The notes below the pieces were generated by a model. That model ran no database searches, was not told the DNA's origin, and saw only the letters and a program-made list of their open reading frames with translations. DNA of 64,000 nt from Marsupella aquatica. Lineage: Eukaryota; Plantae; Marchantiophyta. Both the position numbers and the translations under genes were made by a program. Positions 38,301 to 50,645 of this stretch are shown piece after piece. Every line of letters begins with the position of its first letter. Positions within the stretch are counted from its first letter, which is position 1. Location of the stretch: the NCBI GenBank assembly GCA_973895155.1, contig OZ316896.1, positions 4,303,595-4,367,594 of the forward strand, in the 5' to 3' direction.

Positions 38301-41300
38301 AAGCGAAATCAAATGTCCAACTGTCAGAACAGCCAGCCCGTCCCTCGTCGGATCGACGAATAACTGCTCCACGGCATTCCGAGTAATGCTACATGTGCTA
38401 CTTAGATAGGTCTTCATCGACGTACCTTCACGAAGATATCACTAGCTCGGGACAGAACCTCGTTGGCGGCCTTCAAATCGTCGATTTCAAGCCGCTGCAC
38501 GTACCTAATCCAATACTCTGGATAGTTGGCACATGCAATCAAACACCTCTCATAGAGCTTTACAACCTGTGAAAATGACAACGAGGATTCGTCAAACAAA
38601 GTATCACCTCCACAAACAGATGAAGTTTAGGCAATATTGAGATATATCAAGTCGATCTAGAAGCATTTCGCATGACCCGATTATCTTACCTTCTCAGTAT
38701 CGCCTTCCTTCTCGATGAACTCCAGATATCTGTGCCAATTCCCAAGCTGCATGTCGTCCAGAGGCTTCACGTGGAAGTACGGCCTTCTGATGGCAGTCTC
38801 AAAATCCCGTATCTTTGCATCCCATTCTTTGGCTTTCTTGTATAATGCCTCCCGAACTCCGATAAATTTCTCCAAATCCTCAGCTTCGGAGGGTTTTTCT
38901 ACTTTGGGCATCTCTGTATCGCCAGGTGGGGCTTCTGATACCGCATCTGCATCAGAGACCTCCACTGTGACTGATGAGGTGGCAGCCTCAGCGGTTTCCT
39001 CGGCGCTCCTCAACTCCGCCAAAGGTCTGCTGCTGGCAATTTGCTTGAAACTACATAACACCGCCAAAGAACAAGTCACAAAGTTAGTAATGTATTTGGA
39101 AAACTGCGGAGAGGCAGCAGTATATGTGAACCTCAATCCATAACATCCCACATACAGCTAGCTTTAAGATGTCGCTTTCAGGTGACAACAGATTTCTCAA
39201 GGACAAGGGCTAGCTTCACAAATCTCGCAGTTCTGCGGATTAATAAATCCTGATAAATATCACGAATGAATGCATTATAAAACGGAATATCTATTGAGGT
39301 TCTACAGATACACTCTCCCAACGTGAAATACCTATTGTAGTAGCGATCGAGCTGATGGAGAGGGATCTGCAAGATGCGCGTGTATATTTGAGCTAACTTG
39401 CTCCACTCCTGCTGTGAATACTCGAAGTCGATATACTTATCCCAAAGGAGGTGGGACAGATAGTCGCTTCCGACGTAGATGATTCCCCTCTCAAACAACC
39501 TGCAAGATCATGACAGAAAGCGTTGCTTAAAGTTTGAATAAGAACGGAGCCCTTACCTGGGGAAGTTACACTCACAAGAAATTAGCTTAGACCCGATCAG
39601 GAAGGAAAAGCGTTGGATGTGAAGGACAAAATTTCAGTGGAACTTGCTTTCAGATGTCCAAATACAAGCACAAATGCTCTGCATTTACCTTCCTGCCAAA
39701 ACTACGTCCGCGACATGGAGCGGCGTTCAGAGGCCATCTCTCTGCCCTCATTGGACCCGATCTTCCACAGCAGCATTTGGACGCAAGTTCAGTTGTGAAA
39801 TTCGCAAATTCCCTTAAGGATAGAAGACAAGAACTTAAACGGACATAGATTACACAGAGTAGGGTCTGGCCTACTCCTACTGTAGAACCTTAAGAGCATA
39901 ATACACGGGAACCATAGTAGTAAAACGCAAGGGAAATTGGACCACGAGGTTGGTTTCCCAAAAGGAACGTAAAACTTTTTCTCCTACTATGATCAATTGA
40001 TTCAGTTCAGTTGGACGGGTATTTTTAGAAATTCGTTTTTTATCCTAGACGTGAACTGTGAGCAAACCGTTCCGCCATAAACTGCTTTCTCTGAGAAGGC
40101 AAGGCATTAGTGCAAGATGGCAAAGCTGCAGCACGGTCAGACAAGGGTCAGAAGTAAAAATCACAAAAGATTTTGACTGGAAACGATTCTTTTCACGCGA
40201 GAAAGGACAGCACGTGCTGTGCAGGTAGGTGCTGCTGCAGAAACCCAATTTTTCAAGCCACGCAATTCATCCAGTGCTTTTAATAGGGGAGAAACTCTTT
40301 AATACCTGCGAATTTCTTCGGGGTCCTCGAATTTCTCCATCGCGTACGAGGCATAATGCATCCATATGTCCACGGAATACGTCACAGCCCTCACCGCTCG
40401 CTCGTACACCTCCACGATCTTCTCCGGGGTGCCCAACCGCGCTTCGTGGTCTGCATACTTCTTCCAATACCCGTAGCAGAGAGGGAATTCTCCAAGGAAC
40501 GCATCGTAGACCTTGCGTATCTTCAAGACGACGTCCTACAGCACCATCACACAACAGTCGTTCAAAACCGAGAAACCGAACGTACCGATCTGAAAACCCT
40601 GGAAGGAGATGCGTAAGAGACGCGAGCTACAAAAGAAAGCACAGGGAAGGTATCGGTCCTAATAAACAGAATATCCGCCAAGTTCTAAGACAAAATAGAA
40701 CATGGTTAGGCGAGTCCAATCCAATCCATACTGAGAGAAAGAAGACAGGCGAACGACAGTAAAAAGCCATTCCAAAAAGGTCTCAATTAACTGAGTACTA
40801 AGAGGAAAGCGATGGACACAAAGTCACCAGCCCAAGCAAATCACGTATGCACACGATACTCAGCCCCACTACAGAGAATCGCTTTCCAATATTTTGAATG
40901 TCCTCTTGAAGGTCCTTGGCTACGACACCCAGTACCGGATACGTTGGGTTGCTCTATTCACGCAGAAGCTGTAGACCTTCCATATTTTACAACGCGAGAC
41001 CGCGAAACAAAATAATGGAGGCATGCTCCTCAAAGCCGACAAACACGAACTGAAATTCCAAATCAGTGCAACCCAGCAGTCATATACATGCTGGTGACAA
41101 AATTGAAAGATGGATTCCGGCACTCACGAGCTTTTCCGTCTCCTGAATTAGCTGCGTCCAGGCATTGAAATCCGCAGAGTTGCTTTTCACCACGCCCCAC
41201 AGTCTATCCTCTTCCGTTGAAGGAGCTGCGCCAAATGCCATGAGTGTTATAAGCAAAAACATTTCCATAAGGGATACAAATGTTTCCAAGATGAACTAAA

Positions 41301-42088
41301 CAGCATCCGAGGTCCAGACGTCTCCGGAGCCATTCCGAGACAACACAAACACAGTGACCCCGTCATTGCCTCAAGAAGATTTCCTCTACCGCAAACGACA
41401 ACAAATTAGCCAGTGGAGAGAACGTGACAAAACATACAGAAGGTTTTGTGAGGTCCATGTAAATGCAGTTCCTGAGTTTGAATTGAAGAGGCTGTATAGA
41501 GAGAAAACGGATAGAGGGGCCAAAGGTAGAGTACGGGCAACTACTCACTCGCTCATATTAAGCAAGACAGCTTTGTTTGCCTGTTCACGCTGCCCTAGTC
41601 AGTTTTGGCCATCGCACCGGATAGATAATTACGACTGCTTTGAAGAAAGAGGTATGCTGTGAGGATAATCTAGGTACACTTTATATCCCCGAATAAGAAG
41701 CCAGGGTTGGTAACATTATTCTGTCCTTGGCGACTACTCGGAGCGAGTATTCCTACCAAATGAGACCTATCCAACTCCATCGCACGAAGGAACAGTTCTT
41801 GCAAGCGAACACGTTCATGAAAACTCTCCCTGGAAGGAAAAGAAAATGAGGGAGGTTACCTGGAGTTTCCTCCGCCGGGGGCTGCAGCTCGAACGGAGCT
41901 GCAGCGGCGACGACAACGCCGTCGGCGTTCCCGTTCGCGTTGCCATCGTGTTCTAGTTCTGCATCAATAGGCTTCTTCGTATCATCTGCCTGTACCACGC
42001 CCCCAACGTCTTCCATGGTCTCGTCCGCACCAACAGTAGTAGCCTGCTGGATGATTACCTCCTCCGCCACAGCAACCTGGTCTCCCAT
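35325..42088 (-). CDS. PRP39: Pre-mRNA-processing factor 39 (U1 snRNP HAT-repeat protein), ~760 aa, 12 coding exons
   Basis: Phase-consistent GT-AG exons: 42088-41860, 41225-41128, 40535-40306, 39499-39332, 39050-38690, 38566-38426, 37899-37630, 37491-37411, 37156-37004, 36708-36367, 36136(or 36145)-36026, last ~35433-35325 (frame ambiguity, see findings). Motifs [60 protein letters not shown] and a Q/P/Y/G-rich tail ending GYYPGYY*. Confidence 0.95.
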
Positions 42089-42711
42089 TCTTCCTGTTTT
42101 CTCCTAGAACTCCCTCCCCCTCCTAATACAGGACTGATGTCTCCCTCCAACAAGATTTGCTGTTAATCGTACCGCAGCAAGGACTCCAACCACCTAGAAA
42201 AAGAACACGACTCTCTCCCCGCGAGTACTACAGCGAAGGAGATATACCACAGAGAGGCGCGCGCAGACGGCGACGGAAGGCCAGATGAAAAACGAGAAAC
42301 CGACGACAATGGAGGGAGATCTATGCAAGAACGCGAAGAAACAGCGTCGATCGAAGAAGTGGAGAAGACGGACAGACGAGGCTACGCGAAACGGACGATG
42401 TAAAACCCACGGTAGCGAGTGCGCACCGTAGACAGCGGAGAGAAGTGGAAGCTGGTGAGGCAGCGAAGAACGAAGACAGCTCGAGCCACCCAAAAAAGGA
42501 CAAGAGCGGAGCGAAGTGTGTTCGGTGGCGGGGATCCATTGGTCCGAAATTAGGTTTCCAGATAGAACAGAGCGCGAGTCCTGCTCCAATCCTGCGGCTC
42601 TCACACGAATCCCCTGGTTCCATAGGCACCGCCCTCACTCCCATTTCGTCACTGCCCCTATCCAACATCTGAGAAAGCCATCTCAGCCGTCCAAAACTCC
42701 TTCATATGCTA

Positions 42712-44216
42712 CTAGCTCAATACCTGTGCCTTGCACAAAAGATGTCATGTCACCCAAGATGTTGTTAAGAAAAAAATGATGTCGTGACACCTAAGATGTT
42801 ATTAAGACAAAAAGATGTTGTGTCGCCCAAGATGTCATTAAGAAAAAATATGCACTGTCTCCCAAGATGTCGTTAAGATTTTGTGTTGCCCAATATGCCA
42901 TTAAGGAAAAAAAGGTGTGGTGTCGCTGAAGGTGTCGTTAAGAAAAAAAGATGTCGTTGAGAAAGAAAATGTTGTGTCGCCAAAGATGTCCTGAAGAAAA
43001 CTAATGTCGTGTCGCCCAAGGTGTCTTTAAGAAAAAAAATGTTATGTCACCCAAGATGTCGTTAAGAAAAAAATGTCGTGGCACCCAAGATGTACTTAAG
43101 AAAAAAGATGTTGTGTCACTCAAGATGTAGTTAATAAAAAAGATGTTGTTAAGAGAAAAGCTGACGTTAAGTAAAAACTATGTTGTTAAGACAAAAGTTG
43201 CACAAAAGATGGTGTGGTGAGAAAAAGTAGTTGAAGTGAGAAAAAGATGTCGAGGCGAGGAGAAGATGTCGAGGCGAACAAAGATGTTGATGAGAAAAAG
43301 AGATGTCGAGCTGAGAAAAAGAAGTCGAGCAAAAAATATATCAAGGAGAGAAAAGGGCAATGTGAGAAAAATATGTGGAGATAAGGGAAAGATGTTGTGG
43401 TGAGATAAAAATGTGACAATGAGGAAAAGGTCAGATGTTGAGGTGAAAACAAATGTCAATTCAATGAGAAAAAGAGATGTTGAGGTGAGGCAAAGAAGTC
43501 AAGGTGAAAAAAGATGTCCAGGAGAGAAAACATGGCTAGGTGAGAAAAAGATGTAAAGATGAGAAAAATATGTTGAGGAGAGAAAAGATGTTGAGGGTGA
43601 GGGAAAGATGTTGTGGTGAGAGAAAGATGGTAAGGTGAGAAAAAGATAAGATGTCGATGTGAGAAAAGATGTGGAGGTGAAGAAAAGATGTCGAGTCAAA
43701 TGATAAAATATATGGAGAGAAACAAAAATCAAGGACCTAAAAGATGTAGAGTCAGATGAGAAAATATATGGAGGAAAGAAACAAAATCAAGGACCTAAAA
43801 GATGTCGAGGGTGAGAAAAAAATTGTCTTGGTGAGATAAAGATGTTAATGTGAGACAAGATGAGAGATGTCAAGGCAAGGTAGAGTTGTTGTGGTGGTGT
43901 TCAACAACTCATGCATTTGCACATAGAAATTGAAGACCCGAGATAACGGTCACTGTAGCATAGAGTCCAAGCACAACCGAATGATACAAAAAATTAGTTT
44001 TTAAATTTTTTAGAGAAATTAATATTGTATACATTTTATTTATACTCAAGTTTTACCAAAACTTTAAGGCTAATATCCAATTCTTTAAAGCTCAATTTTA
44101 ATAATTAGTTTTTAATTAATATTGAATAAATTTGTTATCTTTGTCAAGTTTGGGGGTAGGCTAGGGGTAGCATGGTTAGCTTGGGCAGAGGTAATTGAGA
44201 TTAATAGGGGTATGGA
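42712..44216 (-). mobile_element. Non-autonomous Helitron (~1.5 kb) carrying a minisatellite
   Basis: Minus-strand 5' end TCCATACCCCTATTAA (44216 downward; 44220 is an alternative end). 3' end hairpin TGTGC-AAG-GCACA, then 9 nt, then CTAG (42715-42712). Inserted between A and T with no TSD. Confidence 0.8.
42737..43870. repeat. Degenerate purine-skewed minisatellite built on an AAGATGTYG core
   Basis: ~36-bp units (AAAGATGTCGTGTCGCCCAAGATGTCGTTAAGAAAA) to ~43160, then ~19-bp units (AAAAGATGTCGAGGTGAGA). Confidence 0.9.
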
Positions 44217-44222
44217 TGGATC

Positions 44223-46281
44223 CAGCGGTTGCAAAAAAACAAATTTTCAACTAAGGGCTAAGATTTGTTCCCATTTTTTTTGAGTTTGTAAATGTACCCT
44301 TTCTAGAGTAAATGTTATTATAGTGACTTATAGTGCGTTCAATATTGTTTTCTTGTGTATCTATGATGGTACAGTCAGGTTTCTCCTTGATACTCGTGCA
44401 TACAATTGAGTTAGTTTCATTTTTGTCTTTTGTCTCCACCATTTGATTCCCTTTTGTGTGAAACAATTTACTATACTTTTTGTCCACTCTATATTTAATT
44501 CATTTTTGGTTTTATCCCTTGTGTCTATTGATTACCTTTTTTGTTAGCACTGCATTTTTGAATGACGACCACTGGAAAAAAGGCGCAAGGCACAACAGTG
44601 TATTATAGTTTAGGATTTTTCTAGAAAAGCCCGATCCAAAGCTAGGATAACTGCCTTCAATCTACAGGAAGTCTCGTGTGATGCCTCTGGACTGTGCCTC
44701 TCGAGGCATAAATAAGGCAGGAGGTGGAATTGGAAGTGATGGATATTCATCATCTATTTATTTATGAGTAAAACCCAGGCAGTCAAAGCTTTCATACCTT
44801 AGTTGTAAATCTGGTTTGCACAAACAATAACTAATTTAAAACAATTGGCACCTAGCACCAAAATTTGACCTACCAAGATATGTGGTCTGGAAAAACGAGC
44901 ATGCAGATTAGGGATGTGGGGAGGAAAGCGAATCCCAGATATGACAGCCTGAAAAAATTTACATGATGCAAAATCCTACAAAACTTGTCATCATTTGAAG
45001 CAGGCTGCAAAGGCGTGTGTTTGGCTAGATATGAGGCAAAATACTTGAAAAATATGACTGATAAGACTTAATATGCTACAGGCAAGAGTCCTTAACCAAG
45101 TAAAAAGAAAATTCTCACTGTTCAGAATTGTGAACCAAACTACAACTAGGGCAGACCACAATGTTTGAAGATGCTTGGATGGAGTGGTTGTAACTAACAT
45201 AGACCATCATTTAACATTAGTTTTCCTTGCTTTGAACCAAAGAGGTGTCTTTCGGTTGGTTGTATTGAGTGCACATAATATCCCCTTGTTTTGGTACTCG
45301 TGGTTCTTTAGACAGTGGGTGTCCATTGTTCTTCAAAGGGTTCAGGTTTTTGCTATTTTTACAGGGCCGAGCTAGTAGGTGTAAACGACTCTAGACAAAT
45401 TCTCTCCATGCCATGACCTTCCTTTGCGGTTTATTCTAGAGCTCTACCAGACTTTTCAATTGACATTTCAGTTTCTGACTACAAGGGTTTTTGTGTTCTC
45501 TATTCCTAACTGGGCTTTTTGTTCTTTGCGTGGGCCTATGTGGTCTTCTTTCAGGTTTTCATTTTTTCTCTTTGGCCTTTGAGATCCTATGTCCCATTTA
45601 TGTTCTTTGGCAAGGTGATATGTAAACATATTTCTCCCCTTTATTACCTCTTTGGTCATTGGGATCCTGTATCCCTCTTTGGGAATTTTGTTCTTTGATG
45701 TATATACTGTTCATCATAATTAGTGTTATGCAAAGAATTACTGATTTTGAGTACAAGTAATACTAATTTTGTAGAATAGTTTTACTCCACTTTTGTTTAA
45801 ATTGCTAGTACATATGGATGATCTTGAATCCAAAGCAACATTAATTCTTGTGAATTTTTCAAAATAGTTTTTTTCCCTCCATTTTCCACTCGTGAGACCA
45901 CATTAACACTAGTTCATGCTTGCATAAATAGTGTTAGCACAAAATTAGTGTGCCTCGTTCCTAATTCGCAAGTAGACCCTGAAAATTGGCTTTCTTAAAT
46001 TAGTGTTATTCATGTTAGTGTTAACTCTAGTCTTGGGTTAACCACATGTTTCTTAGGCTAAATCACCATTAGGGTCACAACAAGTTGGTGAACACTACAA
46101 TAGATATAATTTTTGCAACACGAACACTAATGCATGTGCCTAGAAATAGTGTTAGCACAAAACTAGTGTGCTCAACACTAATTTGCAAGCAGACCTGAAA
46201 ATTGAAGCTTTCGAAGTAGCGTTAGTTATTACACTAATTATCGTGAACACTAACGTAGCTATGGTTTTTTTGCAGGGGCTG
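44223..46281. mobile_element. Putative non-autonomous TIR DNA transposon (~2.06 kb, CAG-start TIR, hAT-like)
   Basis: CAGCGGTTGCAAAAAAAC (44223-44240) versus GTTTTTTTGCAGGGGCTG (46264-46281), a 15/18 inverted match. Dense AACACTAA/TTAGTGTT subterminal motifs at 45720-46255. No matching TSD. Confidence 0.45.
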
Positions 46282-46484
46282 GGTTCTTGTAAAGCCTCCT
46301 CTTCTATATCCCTAGGCAGGAAGGCGGTTGTCAGGGGCACCAGACTCTTCTTTCTCTTGCACACGATTAGCGACGATGTTTCGTAGATCTAACGTGTAAG
46401 ATAGGCTTAGTAACTTGTTGCGCAGGAGGGCTGAGGTTGGTAATCGCGAAAGGTCGGCAGTGGGTGTGCGGAGGTGGGGAGGAA

Positions 46485-49079
46485 ATGAAAGGGAGACCCC
46501 AAAAAATACGAAGATTGAGTGAGAGGAGCGAGGTGTCTGCAAAGTTCCTCACATCACAGCGACGAGCTGCTTGTGGAAACGGGGGAAAATATCAACTTTA
46601 TCAGAACGACCAGGGTTTTAAAGATGCACTGTCGGCGTTGCCAGAATTTCTGGCTCCCGTGCGTGAATTGCAGCGACCGTCCCGGTTCCCATCGTATGCC
46701 CTACTCTCGGGACCTCCCAAGAGGTAATTAGCCTTTCCATTTAATTGGTCAGGATGTCAAGAATCATCTAAGGTCTGAAGTCATTTCTGTTCTGAAAAAC
46801 GACCCAAATCCACGTTGCCAACCATGAATATGTAAACAATTCCAATTCATAAGAGGGTGATTTTGCCCCAGGCAAACCCGTGCTGTGACTGAAATAACCT
46901 GTGACGGATCCTTTCTCGTGACCGGTAGTTTGTTCCACACTAAAGCTTGGACTCAGCCTGGCAGCTAGAGCTGGAACATTCGGTACCGCTGTCTTTGGTC
47001 TATTTGACAGTGGTTTGTGAAGTCATCCTGTCCTTTTGGCAATGGAGTCTGGCGAGACATATCCTACCAAATTCTGGGACAAGCTCTTCGACAGTTCTGT
47101 TCCTTTTTCTTCTCTACATCGTCCATGAGTTAGTCGGCCTGGAGAATTGCAATGCCCTTTTGAAGCATATCGTTGTAGCCTTGTGATTGACCGCAAAGTT
47201 TGTCAGGCTCGTAGACTAGCAGAGGAATTCGATTTGGTCGGACTTTCACCTGTTACGAAGAACTAATAAAGCAGATGGTTATGTTGTTGATGGCAGCGGG
47301 AAGACCTCTCTTCTCCTGCAGCTTGCGTACAACCTTGCCGTCGATTCACGGGCTAGGGTTGTTTTTATCTGCAAGAGAATAAATTTTGAGGATGACTACA
47401 TATATGTATCGCGGGTAAGTTACCTCGTGTCCAAGAGCTGTAGAATCTTGCTGAATGTGTTCCCGGGAGCCTCGTTGTCCTCACCGAGAAATGTAAGCCG
47501 GCTCAATTCATTGTAACGGCTCTAATTTGTTCTAGTTCTTCCCTACATGTTACTCGATCGTCGTGCTTGCAATGCCTTCCATGAAATGTAAAATTCTCTT
47601 CGATTAGTTTGATAAGGGAAGTCTTTGGCAGGATCTGGACATTGCCTCTGGAGTTTCTGAACGTGTCCACATAAAGTAAGTTACTTGATCGTCGTGCTTG
47701 CAATAGCTTCTATGAAATGTAAAATTCTGTTCCATTAGGTTGATAAGGGAAGTCTTTCGCAGGATCTGGACACTGCCTCTGAAGTTTCTGAACGTGTCCA
47801 CATCAAGTAAGCCCATTCCGTGCGCACTGTAGAGTACAGTCTTCAGCTTCAAAGTTATATTCATATCGACATCTTTTCAACGAGTAGATAAGTTATCTGT
47901 ATATATTGTCGTTGGATGTGTCTCCTTCATCTGAGAAACCACAGAGTTAGTGCGTTTTGCCGCACAGTTGAAGTGAGTTAGATGTGACGCAGGTATGTTA
48001 AAAATAATGAAGAGCTCCGCCAGTATTTTGCTGCATTTCATTTTCAGCGGGAGCTACCAACTGCAGTGATTGTGGACGACTTTGTTGACTTCTTTGCTCA
48101 AAGGTACATTACTGCCGACTCTTTGGATTAGTGGTAGGGAGCTGGGACTCCGTACTGTGTCTTGTTTCCCATTGTCGGTTAGTCCGGTTATCTTACTTGT
48201 GGTGATGGTAAACTTGACATAGAATGTGCATGGGAACCTCTTGCTATCATGCAAGATTAAGATGACAGTTGATGTTGTCCTACATCTTGTGATTTTCGGA
48301 CTTTCTGAAGTGTTTTATGTTTGTGTGCTGTGATTTTGGTTGTGGAAGTTATGAACGTCAACGATTTCAGCTTCAAACTACAGGAGAAGTATCGCTGGTT
48401 AAGGCCTTGAGTCTTTGTCACAATGCCATTGAGTATGCCAAGTATACTTTCATACCTGAAGCTTTCCGCACAGAACTGTAACATGTTTTTTTGTCTTACT
48501 GGACACCTTGTTTTTGCCTGCACTGATTTCAGTTCGTCATATCCTCCTTTATTTCAAATGTTCAATGCTCTTTGTAGGGATTGGTGTCGCTGCAAATTAA
48601 ATCGAGATATTCTATGTACCTTTGCAGTTCAAAAAATGTGTCAGGGATGCGATGCAGATTTATAATTTCAGATACACATCCTCGTGATGGGCCCCGCCTA
48701 CTGTACCTCTTCAAGAGACTGATGCCTCTAATATATGTGATCAAAGGTGAATTCCCCTTACACCACACAGCAGTTTTGGTATGAGTACATCTAGGCATTT
48801 CGCGTCTCATGTGTTGCAATTGCGTTGTTTATTTGGATCATAGTTAGCTCCATGAAGTTTGTAGAGAAAGTAGTAAGTTATCCAGCTCGAAATGACTTGT
48901 TCGTAAAGCTTGAATTACCCGTTACGGTTATCTCCACAGGTTTGAATGACTCATCAAGGTTCTCACTTGAGCTCCAGGATGTCAAAACTGGGGGAATCGG
49001 TAGCAGAATTGGAAGGTTTACACTTGCACACCAAGCACTGCACTTCGATGGGCTGGAACCTCGTTCAGAAGCTGTGTAG
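46485..49079 (+). CDS. SWSAP1: SWSAP1-like P-loop ATPase (Shu complex, RAD51-paralog-like), 7 exons
   Basis: Phase-consistent exons 46485(or 46624)-46723, 47297-47414, 47632-47675 or 47763-47806, 47993-48103, 48349-48441, 48628-48746, 48940-49079. Walker A LLSGPPKSGKTSLL, VVFIC, YFAAFH, Walker B AVIVDDF, LSLCHNAI and SDTH..DGPRLLY motifs match plant SWSAP1-like proteins as I recall them. Confidence 0.85.
47549..47811 (+). repeat. 131-bp tandem duplication containing SWSAP1 exon 3 and its splice sites
   Basis: Units start GTTACT(C/T)GATCGTCGTGCTTGCAAT at 47549 and 47680. Each contains CAG|exon|GTAAG. Confidence 0.95.
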
Positions 49080-50260
49080 ATTATATCTTTCAGAGGAACA
49101 TTGAAAACACCTCTAGATTTTCTTGCAGTACATGTGCGTTGATTTGGTCACTATTATCTCAAAGCTCAAAAGTAGGGTCGGGTTTTTACCAAAATTGCAT
49201 GTCTCCATTGCCGTTGGACCATGGTCGATTTCCACCCTTAGTCCCTAGCCACCCATAACTTCAGAGCACTATATCATCATCAAGACAAAAAACCGACCTA
49301 CAAAGTGCAGGCTTTGGACAAGAGATAACCATAACCGCAACGCTTATGACTTAACCAGGATAAACAACTAAGGCACAAAATACAGGCTGGGAGGAAGGCT
49401 GAGGAAAGGTTTGGCGTCAGATTGTCTCCAGGATGTCTTCGAGTGACCATAAACTAGTGTACCTGAATAGGAATCTCACAAAGAATAATTGGACGATCCT
49501 CCACTCACTTTGTTTGAACTTAGCAACTGCTCTACATATCAACCTAGCCATAGTACGTCGGTCTTGATCTATGATCAGTTACTGTCAGATGACCAGTTGC
49601 TCTACTGGAGATTCCCCGCTTGAATTCGCTGCCTGATAATGCAAGGCAGCATTTATCTTCATTTTCTCCCCTCTTGATACCTTTTTAACTCACTTTCTCA
49701 TCAATGCAGGAGTACCAATTATTGCACAGATTTTGATGTGTATAAAAGCATTCAGCGCTGTAGGGCAGGGAACGAATTAGTCCTGGAATAGCCACTTTCT
49801 TCTACCCTTAGCTGTGAAAATGATGCAAGGAATGAAGAGGTCGGCGACATTTACTTCCTCTCCGATTCTTTCGACAGAATTTTGTTGTATGGTAGTATAT
49901 ACAGTAAATCGCATATGATGTGTATGACTGAACTCAGGACGGGCCCCAGCAGCTCCAAGCAGCAACAGAGCAAATCTTGGGTTTCTCCTTCGGTATCTAA
50001 CCCACGGAATAGCCCATCGGCTGCTCCTGAAAGACAACCGTTGATGAAAAGATTGCGGCTCTCTTGTTTTGCTGTCTTCCAAGGAATTCCCTTGCTTTGT
50101 CCTGAAAGGAACCTCTACTGCAAGAAGCAGAAAGTCCATTAAGGACAACCACCCCGGAGGAGTAAAGCTGTACCAGCCCAAACGCACCAGACTCGTCCAG
50201 TCGAGAGCAAACCATGAAATTTCTGCGCCACATTTGCCAATTCATGTATGGTGAAGCGAG

Positions 50261-50645
50261 AAAGTGAGGAGTCGTGGAGAGAATACCAATTCCATCTTTC
50301 AGCTAATGGGATTCTTAGTTAGAATGACCGACCGTCTCACATGTATATCCAGGGCAAGTTGCTACTGTAATGTGTTGCCGATTCATCCATGGAGAAAAGA
50401 GAGTAAGGAGTCGTGGAGAGAATTCCAGCCCTCAGCTAATGGGATTCTTAGCTAGAATGGCTGAAAGGTCTCACTTGTAGTCCAGAGCATTCAGAATTTC
50501 CAACTAAACATTAAGGCAAAAGGGAGAGAGTAAGGAGTCGTGGAGAGAATTCCAGCTTCCAGCTAATGGGATTCTTAGCTAGAATGGCTGAAGGTCTCGC
50601 TTGTAGTCTAGAGCATTCAGAATTTCCAACTAAACATTTAAGGCA
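50261..50645. repeat. Three diverged ~127-138-bp tandem copies
   Basis: GGAGTCGTGGAGAGAAT...CAGCTAATGGGATTCTTAG(C/T)TAGAATG recurs at ~50268, ~50407 and ~50534. Confidence 0.85.

Noticed and set aside
39557-39880. Extra strong donors (CAG|GTAAGG, AAG|GTAAAT) in PRP39 intron 3 as another poison exon
   Set aside because: One donor is only ~57 nt from the next acceptor and no convincing paired acceptor was found. Too weak without RNA data.
42737-43870. CRISPR-like periodicity and hydrophobic F/L/S-rich ORFs (43178-43732)
   Set aside because: This is a degenerate minisatellite. The ORFs are by-products of the purine/pyrimidine strand skew.
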